From assembly GCF_009914755.1 (NCBI RefSeq), contig NC_060937.1: a stretch of DNA of 64,000 bases. The stretch is one strand, 5' to 3'. This document shows positions 1-19,827 of this stretch, piece by piece. The position numbers were made by a program, and so were the translations under genes. Under the pieces are notes generated by a model. The model searched no databases. It was not told where the DNA came from and worked only from the letters and a program-made list of their open reading frames with translations. Each line of letters opens with the position of its first letter. Positions within the stretch are counted from its first letter, which is position 1. Source of the stretch: the human T2T-CHM13v2.0 reference genome, Homo sapiens.

Positions 1-1330
1 CACATACAAAAAAAAAAAGAAAGCTCACTTATATATTATACCATAAGCATAAAACAACTCAAAATGGATCACAGACTTAAATGTGAAATTATACATCTTT
101 TGTGAGAAAACATAAGAGAAAAATTCTTATGACATTGGAATAGCAAAAACTTCTTAGAATCAAAAAAGCATGTGCCATTAAAAAAAAAAACTTGATAAAT
201 TGGACTTAATAATAAAATTTTATGCTTTTGAATAAATGATATTAAGAAAATTAAAAGATAAGCCACAGACTGGGAGAAAATATTTGCAAAACACATATCT
301 GATAAAGAGCTTCTATCATATATATATATATATATATTTAAAAACTCTTACAACTCAATATTTTATTAAAGTCAACTCAATTATATATATGTACATACAT
401 ATATTTAAATTTTATTGTAACTCACAATTCATAGTTGTCAATTATAATTTTTTAAAAGTTTAGAAAAATGGGCTAAGAAATTTAAATAAATACTTCAACA
501 AAGTTGAAAGCAAAATGGCAAATAAGCATATGAAAATGTCAACGTATTTGTTATTAGGAAAATGCAAACCAAAACCACAGGGGCAAACTAGATCTCTAAA
601 ATCAACGATATCACTAAATACCTACTAGAACAGCAAAATTAAAAAACCAAAAAACTGGCAATAGCAAGTGCTGGCGAGGATGAGGAGCAATTAGAAATCT
701 CATATTTTACTAATGAGCGTGCAAAATGGCATACCTACTTTGGAAAAGAGTGTGGGGCATTCTTATAGCATTAAATATATACACATGGCACAACCCAGCA
801 GTTTCACTCCTAAGTATTTATTCAAGATAAACAAAAATGTATGTCCACACGAATTTCTGTACATGGAAGTTTACAGCAGCTTTATTCATGGTTTCCAAAA
901 ATTGGAAAAAGCTTAAATGCCCAAGAATCAGTGAATATATAAATTGTGGTATATGATACAATGGAACACTACTTTGCAATACAAACTACTTAATACCTGC
1001 AACAAATAAATTAGGCTTAAAGGCATTAAGCTAAGTGCAAGAACTCAGACACAAAGGGCTGCATACTTTTGTGATCCATTTATATGTCATTCTGCAAAAG
1101 GCAAAACTGAGGATACAGAAATCAGTTGCTAGAGGTGAAAGGAGGAAGTGGAGGGTGTCAGCCAGAAAGGGGCACTAGAAACTTTGCGGGGTGATGAAAA
1201 TAATCTATATCATGGTTGTCATGGTGGTTACACAAATTGTATTCATTTGCTGAAAAATAACAAACTTCACACCTAAAAAAAGGATAAATTTTACTATAAC
1301 CCAAGTATACATCAATAAAACCAACTGAAA
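1..1330 (+). mobile_element. Old L1M (L1MC/ME-like) ORF2 3' end and 3' UTR remnant
   Basis: Degenerate L1 ORF2 3' motifs (aaatggatcacagacttaaatgtg, gggagaaaatatttgcaaa, gaaaatgcaaaccaaaaccac) followed by an L1M-type 3' UTR ending atcaataaaa. A (TA)n tract lies near 319-336. Confidence 0.75.
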
Positions 1331-2184
1331 AACCATTAAAGTAACTACATGTTTTTACACTAGGCATTGTCACTTAATCATTTGAAGATGGTGTATAATA
1401 CCTGAGGAGTTAGGTACATGTGAACCAAGAAATAGGTAACATGGATTCAAGATTTCACCTTCTTCTCACTAATCCACCTCTTACCAGGTGGCATTCCAGA
1501 TTTCCACTTGCTGTCCCTGGAGAAAATTAATGGCATCTACCTAACTCCTTTCTAACTCAGTAACAAGCATTAACAGCATCAGTCACTTCGAGTACTCATT
1601 TCTCTCAGGAGAAAATACAGCAACCCCACAGCAGCCAAAGAGCAGCATGAATCTGAGATAATGATGAGAGAGGAAAAAACAGAAATGAGGAATGATCGAA
1701 AGTAAAATAAAAGCCGAAAACAAAGGAGTAGGGCTAACAATGTGGCACTTTAAATGTAAGGCTACAGATCATGTTTCTTTTCCCAGATTATCCCTGTATC
1801 TTCTTTTCCTGTCGTAGATTCAGATGTGATTTGCAGCTCATTATTTTCAGGTGACGGAAATAGGGTCATGGTTTTTGAGAAAAGTTAATAAGAAAGCATT
1901 AAAAAGTCTGTAAATACAGAGGTTGCAAACGTTTTATGGTCACCTCACAATCAATAGGCATGTGTTTCTTTACTCCCTGAACACTACTATGAACATTCTG
2001 CAAGTTCATAGCATAACAAAGCAGAATAGAATATGGACCTGGATGCTTGATTCACAACAAATGAAATGCAGGAAATATGACTAAGAATTAAATGTAGTTC
2101 TCATGCTTATTACGTTAAAGAAACACGCCTTTATTTAGTCGTTCTACTTTATATAAATATACTTCACAGGAGATCCATTTTCTA

Positions 2185-3150
2185 CCTACCTATGAAAAAA
2201 TAACAATGAATAGACTCTGACATCCATGGAAAGTATGAGGCAAATATGGTGCCCCAAGCATGAAAAATATGAACTTTGGTAAATCCAGTTCTCCCATTAT
2301 ATTAAATGTGCATAAAAATAAAGATGGCCTCTCTTATAGACAGGGTAGATGTGTATTCAATAGGCAAGTTTGGGGACTCTAGAAATACATTGTTGCCACC
2401 TCATTTTGTTTTCCTGCTGACAAAACATCATCTTTAAAGGTCCATGCAGGGACATTATGCCCAGCTTATTAAGTGCCATAATGAACAACTCTAAAGGCAG
2501 TTTTTATATTGATTGCTATTGTAGATTGTATATTTATTATGACAATTTCCTGGCAGGTGATGGCACACTGTCTGAAAGTCAGAACAGAGAGGCTTTTTCT
2601 AATGGGTAACAAAGGGACATTTAATCTAGTGAGCAGTGGCCTGGCTTTGATAGCTTTGTAAGCTCATTAAAATGCAAAATATCGAGATGTGACTTCCAGA
2701 ATGGCAATGTGAGGATCCCCATGGCCCTTTCTCCAGGGAACGACCATGATTGGTAAAAACTGTAAAAGTACATTAATTAAATAAAACATGAAAACTCTCT
2801 GAAAATTGTTGAGGGCATTCAGCAAATGGAGAAACAATTATTTAAGAAAACCTACTCAATTTTGGTAAGAACAGTAAGAGTCTGTCGTAGTTGAGCCGTG
2901 ACCTAATCCCCACCCCACTCCATATCACCATGATGGAAACTCAACTCTTAGAAGGTGCAGCCAAGAACACAGAGTTCCCTCCCTCCACTCTATCCCTTGC
3001 TCCCTATCTGTGAAAAATAGCTCTAAATAAACTCTGACATTCAAGGACAGTATGAGGAAAATACAGTGCCTCAAGCATGGTAAATTATGCGCTTAACTAT
3101 GGTAAATCCAGTTCTCCCATTATATTAAAAGTGCATAATAAATATGGCCT
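2185..3150 (+). repeat. Dispersed direct repeat of about 147 bp (2185-2330 and 3003-3150)
   Basis: The copies align by eye and share an exact 30-mer, tggtaaatccagttctcccattatattaaa. Confidence 0.85.
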
Positions 3151-4595
3151 TTGTTGGTTCTTTAGTGCTCCCAGGATAGGATTACAGTTTCTTCATGGGA
3201 AGGACAGTAAACCAGCATTTTTTGTACCTCCAGCTCCATGTTGCAGAAGCTCTATTTCAGGCAAACCATTTGAGAGGTCTGGAACTCCATTCCTACACCC
3301 ATCCTCATTTCAATGGCAGAAGCTCTATCCAGGCATGACAGACCAAGAATACTGAACCCCAATCACCCTCTCTCCTGTTAACTCATAAAGTAGAGGCTTT
3401 CTACTGGGTGAACCAAGCTGGGAAGAACAGAGGATATCACCCCTGCCCAGAACCCCACTCATACAATAAGAGTGTCATGGAGTCACTCCAAGAGAAGTGT
3501 GCTACTGTCCCTAAAGCAAGCTCCAGAACAGTGAAACCATTTTTTTCTAAAGAAAGAGGCAACCTGTAAGAACAGAGACCTCTGCAGTTCTCCCCGAGGG
3601 CACTGATTTTGTTTAGAACAGAGTGTGGGGAAGTTCAAATGAAAGGATGCTGTCTAAAACAAAGGAGATTTTGCTGGTGAGCAATTAAGAGGAAGGTGGT
3701 AGCTTTATCAGAGCAACCAACAGGCTAAACTGTAGAACAGCTTGTGATTCAACTGAGAGAATCAGGGAAAGAAACAGCTAAGAATAGACCTCTGGGGTCA
3801 TAACAGGCCTCAAACACTAGCCTCAAAATCTAATCCTGCAGAGAATCCCATATTTAATTAGATCAGACTGTGCAGCAATATATGTCCCAATACATTATCA
3901 AAAATAATAGAGCAATCAGCAGGTATTACTTGAGGCTAAGAGCTGAGTGTGATAACAAGAGAGGTAGACAATAGAGAGATGAAGAAAAGAGAAAGATGAA
4001 GAGTGCTTTTCTAAAACTGTTGTCATTCTATGGTGACTGTTAATATGCCCAAGGCTGTGCCCAATGTGGAGTTAACACAAGGAGACTATACGTTGCTATG
4101 GAAGTAGACTTCATTAAAATAGTACAACCATGTCACTAAAGAAATAAGCATGCAATAAAAAAAACCCTGTAGGTACATGGGTGATGAGATTATGATTCAG
4201 AGTTGCTACAATGTATTATCTAAAATGTCCAGATTTAACAAAATTACAAGAAATGAAAAGCAAATGTGATCCATCCATAGGGAAAAAGAGTAGGCAATAG
4301 AAATTCCCTCTGAGAGCCTAGATGTTAGGTTTAGCAGGCAAATACTTCAAATTTGTTATAAATATAAATGAAGAAAATGATGTTTAAAGAGGTAAAGAAA
4401 GATATGGTGGCAGTGTCATCAAATAGAGAATAGTAATACATAAATTAATAAAAAGAACTGAGTAAAAATCTGGAAGTTAAAAGCTACAAGAAACAAAATG
4501 AAAAATTCACTAGAGGGGATCAACAGATCTGAAGTGCCAGAAAAAAAAATCAGTAAATTATAAGATGCATTGATGGAGATCATGAAATCTGAAGA
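2690..4595 (+). mobile_element. Old L1M 5' UTR and start of ORF1
   Basis: Begins gacttccagaatggc, typical of L1M 5' ends. Repeated gcagaagctctat units; A-rich ORF1-like text (aaaaattcactagaggggatcaacagatctgaag) at 4200-4595. Confidence 0.6.
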
Positions 4596-4716
4596 TTGAC
4601 TCTTTTCAGTTACTCAAATCAGTAATGAATAAAAAGAATGTAGGTAATGAAATTTAATGACAAAATATGTTCATGGATCATGCCTATAATCCCAGCACTT
4701 TGGGAGGCAGGAGGAT

Positions 4717-8036
<3,320 letters not shown>

Positions 8037-8994
8037 TCAGCAGGCTGAGGTAGGAGGAACACTTGAGTCCTGGAGGTCAAGGCTGCAGTGAACCCTGATT
8101 GCTCCACTCCATTCCAGCCTGGATGACAGAATGAAACCCTGTCTCAATAAAACTAACTAAATAAAGTGAGGACAAAACCCCATCTCACATGTATATGAAT
8201 ACAAAAATTGCTCAATAACATGGTATTGCCATAACAGAGATATGTGCAGAGCACATAACAGGAGGCTATGTAGCAAGAGGGACTGTTTTTATATTTGTTC
8301 CTTTTCTGGGATAACTATGAGAAGATAATTGAGGCAATTTTCAGTTACCCAAATCAGTGATGAATAAAAAGAATAAATTTTCTAGGTCATGAATTTGTTT
8401 AATGGCAAAGCATGTTATCTCTGATATTTTATGTTATTCCAAAAGAACTATTTTCAATACAACAGTGCTTTCTGTTTTTTCTGTATAAAAAGAGTGGAGA
8501 GGCTCCATTTGGTTTGAATTTGAACCATTATTTGGAGTATTCAACCAACTGAGTACTTCAAACAATGGTACAAACTGAAACCAAATGGAGCCTCTCAACT
8601 CTTCACTCTTTTTACCAGTCTCATACAGTATACTGCTTCACCAACCACTGTCTCAAAGTGAAATTCTATATAAGCCCAGAGCCATTGCTAGAAAGATAAG
8701 GCTAAAGTCTCAATGGGCACTTAGCATACTCAACTTGAATCAGAAGAAACAGGGACTTACAAGGGAGAGTAGATTTTCATTTGTTACCAGGGCTCTGATT
8801 ACATAATAGGTTAGTTTGGCACATTTAACATACCTAGTTAACTCAAGGCTATGTAAACCCCACCCCACACCCCCAAATTTTGATGCTGCATTTCATTTTC
8901 ATGTCTACTCATTCAATATTGATTAAGCACCTATGTATGTGAAGTGATGTACCCAGCACTGGCAACATAATAAATATTTATTTTATGCCTGTTA

Positions 8995-9125
8995 TGTTTA
9001 TTCCTTTATTCAACACAGATTTTTGAGTATCTACTTTATACGAGACATGAAACTAATGGATAGATACATATTGGTAAACATAACAGCAGTTCTTGCTTTC
9101 ATAAAGCTTAGAGTCTGAAGTTGGG
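8995..9125 (-). mobile_element. L2 3' fragment
   Basis: Antisense L2 3' end pattern ttattcaaca...tttgagtatctac...ttcataaagcttagagtct. Confidence 0.5.
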
Positions 9126-9145
9126 AGAGGTGGCTAAAAGTTTTA

Positions 9146-10056
<911 letters not shown>

Positions 10057-10121
10057 TTATGAGGCACTATAGAAAACAGAAATTTATTACAAGACGTCTT
10101 GGCTTTTAGTCTAAAAGCCTA

Positions 10122-10422
<301 letters not shown>

Positions 10423-10760
10423 GTATGAAGTTTCAGTTACGCAAAATGAATAAGTTCCAGAGACCTCATATAGAGCATCATGACTACAGTTAACAATGCT
10501 GTATTGTATACTTGAAATGTGGTTAAAAGATAGATAGCTCTTAACTGTTCTTGACATGAGGAGGAGGAGACAGGAGAGGAGGACGAGGAAGAGGAGAAGG
10601 GAAAAAGAAGACAACAATGGTAACTTTGTGATGTAATGGATATGTGATAATTAGCTTGATTATGGTGATCATTTCATAATGTATACATATGTCAAAATAT
10701 CAGGTTGCATATCTTAAATGTGTACAATTTTTATCAATTACACCTTGATAAAGCTGTTAA
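10423..10760 (+). mobile_element. L1MA/MB 3' UTR fragment with internal purine-rich (GAG)n-like tract
   Basis: aagtttcagtta...aataagttccagagacct...aattagcttgattatggtgatcatttc...ttgataaagctg. GA-rich stretch at 10558-10610. Confidence 0.75.
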
Positions 10761-11021
10761 AGAATAATTCATACAATTATTTCTCTATTCAATATTTGTT
10801 AAGCATCTATGTGACAGAAAATGTTCCAAAATTATTTTCTGAAAAGGTAAGAGGTAGGCTATAATGTCAGTGAATGTACCTAAGACAAGGTGGTTTATGG
10901 GGTAGGCTCTAGACCTCTCAAGTCCACATAACCTCATCTTTAGAAACAAAATAACACAGCTGAAGAGGGATGCCTGGACCAGGTGATTTCCTGGAGACCA
11001 CTCTCTACTGTATGTTTTGTG

Positions 11022-11180
11022 ATAATAATAGCGACTGTTGTTGGCCATTCTTATCTGCTAGGTACTCTTCTGAGCACTTTACATGGATGAGCTCATTGAA
11101 TCTCTGTAAACTCAGAGAAAGTATAATTTTCCCAGTGAAAGGCTGAAGCACAGAGAAACGTGCCTCAGGATAACCCAAGC
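11022..11180 (-). mobile_element. MIR fragment
   Basis: ataataatagc...gagcactttacatggatgagctcattgaatc...gctgaagcacagaga matches the antisense MIR core. Confidence 0.6.
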
Positions 11181-11727
11181 CTTCACCAGATGTTAATCCA
11201 CCCCCTTAGTCCTCAGTCTGATTTTGAGCTACACATATTTGTTTTTCCCTATAATTTTTGAAAATATTTTAATGTTATTTTTAACTCAGCAAGTGTCTAG
11301 GGAGAAGGTCCATCTCTCATTAGCTCTAATATATGAATGTCAATTTCTCCACCTAGGAACTCAAAGAACAATCAATACTCAGGTAATCTGAATCCCTTTA
11401 TCCACACAGCTGTGTGAGCGCAAATGTCTTTGTCCCTTCAATGAGTACACTGAATTATGAATGCAAAATCTTCTTATAAGAAAAAATAGTCATCTTATGC
11501 TTTTCTGGCGACAGCTCCATTATAGAGTATCAGCAGGGAGTTAAATATTTTAATTAATGATTTTATCATACTAACTAGCTAAACATTTTTTCCTTTTTGT
11601 TCAGGGTGATTTTCTAAAGTTATCAAAAATTAATATGTTGTTTCCAAAGTAATTATTAACTTGAGTCTATAAGGAAGTAATATCTTAATTTACACCCATG
11701 AGATCATAAGACTTTTTAAATTTTTAA

Positions 11728-12220
11728 CCCCTTTTCCATTTGCCCCAAGAATACTCACTGGAGGTGCTTGTGGCTGCAGCATTAACCCCAAGATAAATTT
11801 GCCAGAAAATATCTTGCTTTTATTATTTTCACATGGCTCTTGGAAACAAAAGACGTCATTCTATTTATAGCTTTCTGTTGTTAGTAGTGTTATTTCTATT
11901 TACAAAATATAGTAATTCCTCATTGCTAAAAATGTCAAATCTTAGAAAACGTAGCATTCCTACATGTGATGTTAATATCGTTCTTGAACATTTGTTGGCC
12001 AAAGATTCATTTGATGAATCAATTTTTCTGAAATAGACAATTCTGATGATTCAGACAATTCTGATGTTCATTCTGTTTAGAAATAACTCCAAGAACAGTC
12101 TGTATATTTTATTTTCACTTTGAAAATCAGTCAGATTTGCTTCACTCTCAAAGAGCATGTTTATGTAAAATTAAATAAGCGCTGGCAACAAGCTGCATTT
12201 TTTTTTTCTAAACAGGAAAA
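11728..12220 (+). mobile_element. MER75 (piggyBac-family non-autonomous DNA transposon), right end clipped
   Basis: TTAA at 11724-11727, then ccccttttccatttgccccaagaatactc as in the MER75 left terminus. Ends aaacaggaaaa without the terminal GGG+TTAA. Confidence 0.8.
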
Positions 12221-13058
12221 TCAATGATGTTGTTCCTATGTCAGTGTACCCATTCTTTGCAAAACATTTCCTCCCTGATGAGAAGTGTTAAGAATGTAAT
12301 CTAAATTATCTTATTGGCAATCACACACAGTTTTAAAATTGCCAAGTCCTCTTTCTCTGAGAATTTATTTTACAATATGAAAGGAAAACAACATCAATCA
12401 CTTTCCTTTTCAATGTTTTCAAAACAAACACATACGCAATTTTCTATATAATAATTTATATGTATAACATTATATATTATATAAGATAAACATATATAAT
12501 TTTTAAAATGCTTAAGTGTGCATATATCTAAAACATATATATAAAAATCATCACAAATTAAATGTAGATGTGATCATAATTCTGTCCCTTGGTAATTCAA
12601 AATTTAAATTCATCATTTCCTGGATTAGGCAAACATCTAGATAAGTAGAAACAATCATATATAGGGTGAGTCATTTTATGTAGTTAATGCAAAAACATAA
12701 AATGACAACATAATTTCTGGTAGGATTATAGGAGGTCGTTCTCCCTCTTTTTTAAACTGTCTCCACTTAATCAGAATCTGCAGAACTCAGAGACAGAGAG
12801 GAGCCTGAGACCTGGTATTTTTAACAATCTCATCTAATGACTCTTAAGACCCAACAATCTTGGAAAATATCAGTTGGGCTGATATTTTCTACTAAAACAT
12901 CCTCCACTGGAGGAGGTGAGAATCCAGCTGGAAGAACCTGTTAATTATCTCTTTCACTCTATCACAGATTTTTCAGTTCCCTACTGTTACTTCAAAAGAT
13001 ATTTCTGGATGAAGGCACCAAGTGATGGGCTACAGTTTCTTAAAAATCATAGTGTCTG

Positions 13059-13343
<285 letters not shown>

Positions 13344-14250
13344 TCATACAACGTCTGGTTGGAAGGTAATTTAAAGGTCATTCAGCCCAGTCTTAGGTGA
13401 TTTCCTAATCTTTCTTCAAATTTAGTGTTATCCTCTGGTCATCACCTCCTGCTCATCATCAATTCTTGATCTTAATGTATGTGCCAATCACATGAAGTTA
13501 ACCTAATTCAATTAAAGAGAGTAATGTATTTTAAAGAAAGCAATATATTTCAGTAGATTCTCCAATCACCCAGCCAATCATGCTTAGCCTACCTTGCTCA
13601 CATATTTTTGGATTGACAAGTGACTATCATGATTCATTTCTCATTTACGTACTTATTCATTCCCTAAGGCATAAAAAAAGTCAAGCCAAGGCTGCAGAAT
13701 TACAGTTCCTTTGTTATTATCGTCAGGTGTTATCCAAGATACCATGTCTACAGAAAAAAAAAAATAGAAATTATTATGAGAAAATTAAATTGGTTGTTGC
13801 TATAGCTATTTTAGGAAACAGTTCACATTAGTCTCCAAAATTGCATTTGCAACTAAACAATATTGCTTTTATTGATGGATTTCAGGGCAACAACAACCCT
13901 GAAAGATTTGGTCTGTGATTGAATTGCACGGTATAATTTCATTGTGTTTCAACAAAATTTTTTCTGTAATTCAGAGTCTGGGAGACATTAAGCAGTTATG
14001 TATTTTCTTTTTTTCCCCTCAAGTAATCAATTCAATTTGTGTGATCTTCATTTCCCAAGACTGTAACATCTATAAAAAGATTATTTCTGTGAGTATAAGA
14101 TTCTGCATACTACAAAATGCCATCAGACATTTTTGAGGCCCATCTGTACAATTGTCACTTCAGTAACAGTGGTAGTAATGAGAATTGACTCTAGCAGAAA
14201 AAACAGATCTAAAAAAGGAAAAAGAAAGCCTGGATGAAAATAAGAAGTCT

Positions 14251-14525
<275 letters not shown>

Positions 14526-14722
14526 AGAAGTCTCAATAAATGTTTTCAAAGAGGCGAAATCTACTGGGTCTCACATTTTTCTAAATAGGATAAGAACAAG
14601 TTACTTCTTTTAATTCTTATTTTACACACTGACTAGACATGTGTCCTTGACCATAGAAGGGCTCAAAGATTATTTAGTGTCAAGCAGATGAGGAAATTAT
14701 AGGCTACCTGATATTGATTGCC

Positions 14723-15015
14723 CACTCAACAATAACTGTTTATTAAGGGGCCAGTCCCCAGGGCACTGGACACACAGCAATGAGCAAAATAGACAAAGCT
14801 CTTTTTTACTCCTGAGCTTACATTCTAGTGAGAGGAGACAGAAAATGAGCAAACAAATAAATAAATATTATCTCATATTGTGATAAGTACTGTGAAGAAA
14901 AGTAAGGTGGGCTAAAGCTACACGATGGTGAGGGAAGGGTGCTGGGGGCAGGGGTTTCTAATAAGGTGACGATTGAGCGAGGCCTGTATGAAATGAGGGG
15001 GGAAGCCACACAAGG
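14723..15015 (-). mobile_element. L2 3' fragment
   Basis: cactcaacaa...cagcaatgagcaaaatagacaaag...gagcttacattctagtgagaggagacag...gataagtactgtgaag matches antisense L2. Confidence 0.7.
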
Positions 15016-17741
15016 GTGCACATGCCTTTGCTCTTCAACTAGAATTTATGCCCCTTGAGGGCAGAGACATATAGTAAATTTTTTTGGCCTCCCTTTCCCT
15101 CCTCTTAGGGCCTTGCACACAATAGAGGCTTTAAAATCTTTTAATTGCTTTGAAAGCAACTTCACTGGTATCCTATACAATCATTAACATCTCTTTCTAG
15201 CTCATAAGGCATAAATACAACGACGAACCTCATGAGTTGGCAATACAGATGCTATCAGACCACAGTGATTTCCCACCTCTTCTACTTAGTTTAACCTATG
15301 TGAGAAATTTCATGGAACCATGTTGCAAATCCACATTGACAATTGGGAAACTCATTTTATGTTGTCTTCAAAATTGGATATACAAAGATCTGCAGCTATC
15401 AATCATTCAGTTAATCAGCTCCAGTGGAGGATGTTTTAGTAGTGGCTGTTTTCATAATCATGATCCTACTGAAACCTGCAGAAAACTACTACAGGTGAGA
15501 GTATTAACACCTACTTGTAAAAGTCTTCAATATGGCAAAACTAAGCTATATTTTATTCATCCAGAAATATCTCCTGTGCACCTACTATGGCCCACACAAG
15601 TGGATATTTAATGCACAGGAGAGTCCTTGCCCTCAAATAATTTATTTGCTGGTACATTTTTGGATGAAACACATTTTTTTAATATACGGGCTAATTTGTA
15701 GAGGTTAGGTACCACTACCACCCAGCATTGCTTGAAGAAATAAAGGACATTTCGAGTGAAGGAGCCTGGAAAAGGGGAGCCCCAGGCTTCAGTATTCCAC
15801 TGTCCAAAAAGGACAGTGGTTTATTTATGGGTTAGCATTTCCAACTCACATTTCTCTTTCCAGACAGAGAAAAGGGTGTTAGGAATTGAACCCCTCACTG
15901 AGCTGGAGCTCTTGAGCAAGAGCCACATACAAAGAAGTATAAACACACACATCTTGGGGGACAGTACAGCTGTGCTCATCATTATCATTCCCATCTGGGA
16001 GTCCAGTCCATCTTTTCTCTGTCAGATGCTGTTCCATGATGTGCAGAAGCCTTTGGGTCACTGACTTTCTGGATGGCCACTAAGAGACCTCTGCTCTCAG
16101 AATAATCAAGAAGTATGTGGGTGCAGAGGAAAAATAGCCATGTCATAATTTTGACATATTCAAATCACCAAGTTTCATCTATGCTTATAGGTAACTGGTT
16201 TGAAAAAGTCCTTATTTTATACTGAAAAGGAGAAAATCTAACACGATCTGTGTTCGCTTTGTTGTATACTGGCTCTTGTATTTCTGAGATCACCCTTAAG
16301 TTAAAACAGGGCTGAGGCTGGTCTCTTGTTTTTACAACCTCCCTGGTTTGAGGGAAGAGCATTTGATTGACTGATCATATTTTTCATCTCATTTGTCCTT
16401 TTTGCCCTTTCCCTGACTGTTTACTTGAGGCAACCAACATTTTTTTTTAGTGCCTTCTCAACTTGACACTTCATGAGTACAGATGTGTCAAGTTGCTATC
16501 TGATCTTGCCACAGTCATGTGCTTTTCCTGTCCAGTTCTGATGGGGAAATTTGACACACACTGTGATCTTGCTGTAATTTTGACAAGGGAAATCTGGCTG
16601 AAAAGACCACCGTCTCCACACAAATAACCTAGAATTCTACCCTCCCCCACTACCATCTATAAAACAAATAGTTATGCCAACTTGAGATGTAGAGCCATGA
16701 AGAAAGTGACACCTTTTGCTGTCAACTAAAGCAATAGAAACTTGTACTCTTTCTGCCCAAGGATAGTGAGTCTTTGGGCACACAAACAGGTATTTTCTAT
16801 TTTAGAATATGCATTTGCACTTTCTTAAAAGAATAATGTAATATTTTGTTGTTTTCTAACTAAACAATAGAAAGTGTACGATATTCTTATACAATCAGCA
16901 AACTGAAAATCTGGGGCCAGAAAACAGAAACTGGTTCTGGGTTTCAGATTTCGGGATCTCAAAATAAAAGTAAACAGAGTGAGAAAAAAATAATAAAACT
17001 CAAGAATAAATTTGATGATATGCCATTTCTTTTACTGCATCAGTTCCATAATTTCACAATCTGGTCAATGATCATTTTTGCCTGCATCAGCCCTTTAAAC
17101 ACAGAGAATTTGAAATGATTTACTGCAGCTTTGGAAAAACAACAGTACTTAACATTGGTTTCTCCATAACATTTACCAAACAAAAAAATATTTTAACAAA
17201 GCAAAACAAAATGGAAATACCTGCCTTTTTCCCCTGACACAGGCTAGCCTTTTGTTCATACTCAAGATCACCTTGGAAAATTTGTTAGATTACACTTAAT
17301 GAATCTTGGAGAAGAATGACAGAGTTCAAACGTATCAACTTTCTTTTCTATCACTAGAAAAACATAGTTTTTGCAACTCTATTCACTTCATAGTTACAAG
17401 AGCCTTTTGTTTATACATTATTCACTTTATTAAGGGCTTTGAAATCCCTTTTTCGTAAGGTGAATATGCCTGTTTTACCATTTTCAGATTGGATGCCAGC
17501 AACTGCAAATTTTGAACAACTATTTCTTATTAAAGAATATACATTTGCATATTCCTAAAAGAATAGCATACTTGTTTATTGCTTTTTAATTAAACAACAG
17601 AAAGAGTAAAATATTCTTATAAAAGGACTTCTATTTTTAAAAAGTGACTAGGGTATAAAATAAGAGTGTGGTTAAAACAAATACTGCTATGCTGTGATAA
17701 AGAAAAGGTTAGGTAAGTGGTCTATAAATAGAGCCTTACTA

Positions 17742-18154
<413 letters not shown>

Positions 18155-18433
18155 TTAAGTATAGGTCTTTTAACTACAAGCATGACCTGGGTGAGTTAAG
18201 TTACTTTAATCTCATTTCTCATCTGTAAAAATCTATTACCCCACAAGGATAGAACAAAATGTGATAATAAATATCAAAGTGCTTATAACTTTTAAAGTAT
18301 TGTAAACAGGCAAGTTACTTTAATTCCTTTTGAGGTATTACAAAACTAAGTATCTTACAACCAGAAGCATAGTATTTGCTCTCATTTCCGAAGTCAAAAT
18401 GTTATCTCTCATAAACTGTGTGTATAATGTGTA

Positions 18434-18728
18434 TAGAGATGGCCCTTCACATCTGTGGTTTCCACATCCATGGATTCAACTAACCTTGAATCGAAAGTAT
18501 TTTAAAAAATACATATTGAAAGCACTAAAGTATAACTATTTGCATAGCATTTACACTGTATTAGGTATTATAAGTAATCTACAGATGACTTAAAGTACTT
18601 AAGAGCACATGCATAGGTTATGTACAAATAGCGTGCCATTTTAGGTAAGGGACCTAACATTCAGGCATTTTGGTGTTGGTGGTAGGGATCCTGGAACCAA
18701 TTTCCTGTGGATATGGAGGGATGGCTCT
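18434..18728 (+). mobile_element. MER2 (TcMar-Tigger)
   Basis: ggcccttcacatctgtggtttccacatccatggattcaac...tattaggtattataagtaatcta...ggatatggagggatggct, with degenerate terminal inverted repeats. Confidence 0.8.
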
Positions 18729-19497
18729 ATCACTTCCAGATAGGAGTCTTAGTATGTTAACATGGTAGAAAGATGCTACCAGAATCATTCTAGCTGGGAT
18801 CCAGCTGGTTCAGATATAGATCCACAACAATGCCTGAAGTAACTTAATGCATGACTGTAAGAAGACAAAAGAACTGAAGTGAGAATGACTAAACTTACAT
18901 TCTGAAATGTAGAACTGTAGTAGGCACATTGGTAACACATTTGACAGAAGTACAGGGGAATACAGCAAACTATAAGCATTCCAAAGTGGTGTTCCATCAT
19001 TAACTATCTCTCCCCATCCCTACTCATTGAAGAATTAGTGGAGCTAGGGGAATATTTTTGATGTTCTATGCCTTCTTCTGTTTCCATCTTTCTGACTTAA
19101 TCTTTCAGTGTCCCACTTGTTCTTGTCCCGATCTGCTTTGCACTGAAACAGCTACACTCATATTTCTTTTCCCTTATCACTAAACAGAAAATTCCAAGTC
19201 TCTCTGGAATTGATCAAAGTTCAAACTTTGAAGAGCAAAGTCCTCATTAAGTCTATTACTAAGGAGATTGCTTCTTACAATATATTTGGGAAAATGCCAC
19301 TGTCATTTACTTTGATTTTAAGAATGACTTCTTTCTCCATTTGCCCTCCACTGAAACTTTTTCTATTTCTGGATATCCGTATCGGTAGCATGTTCCACTA
19401 TGACGGATGCCAGGACACTTCTAAATGCAGCAGCCTAAGGCTGTATTATTTACATCTTCATACCTTTTCTTGTATAGGATACATATGTCTGATTATT

Positions 19498-19827
<330 letters not shown>

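Noticed and set aside
15756-16064. Overlapping ORFs with an acceptor-like tttctctttccag at 15863 and a minus-strand donor-like site
   Set aside because: No recognisable protein similarity and no consistent paired splice sites on either strand.
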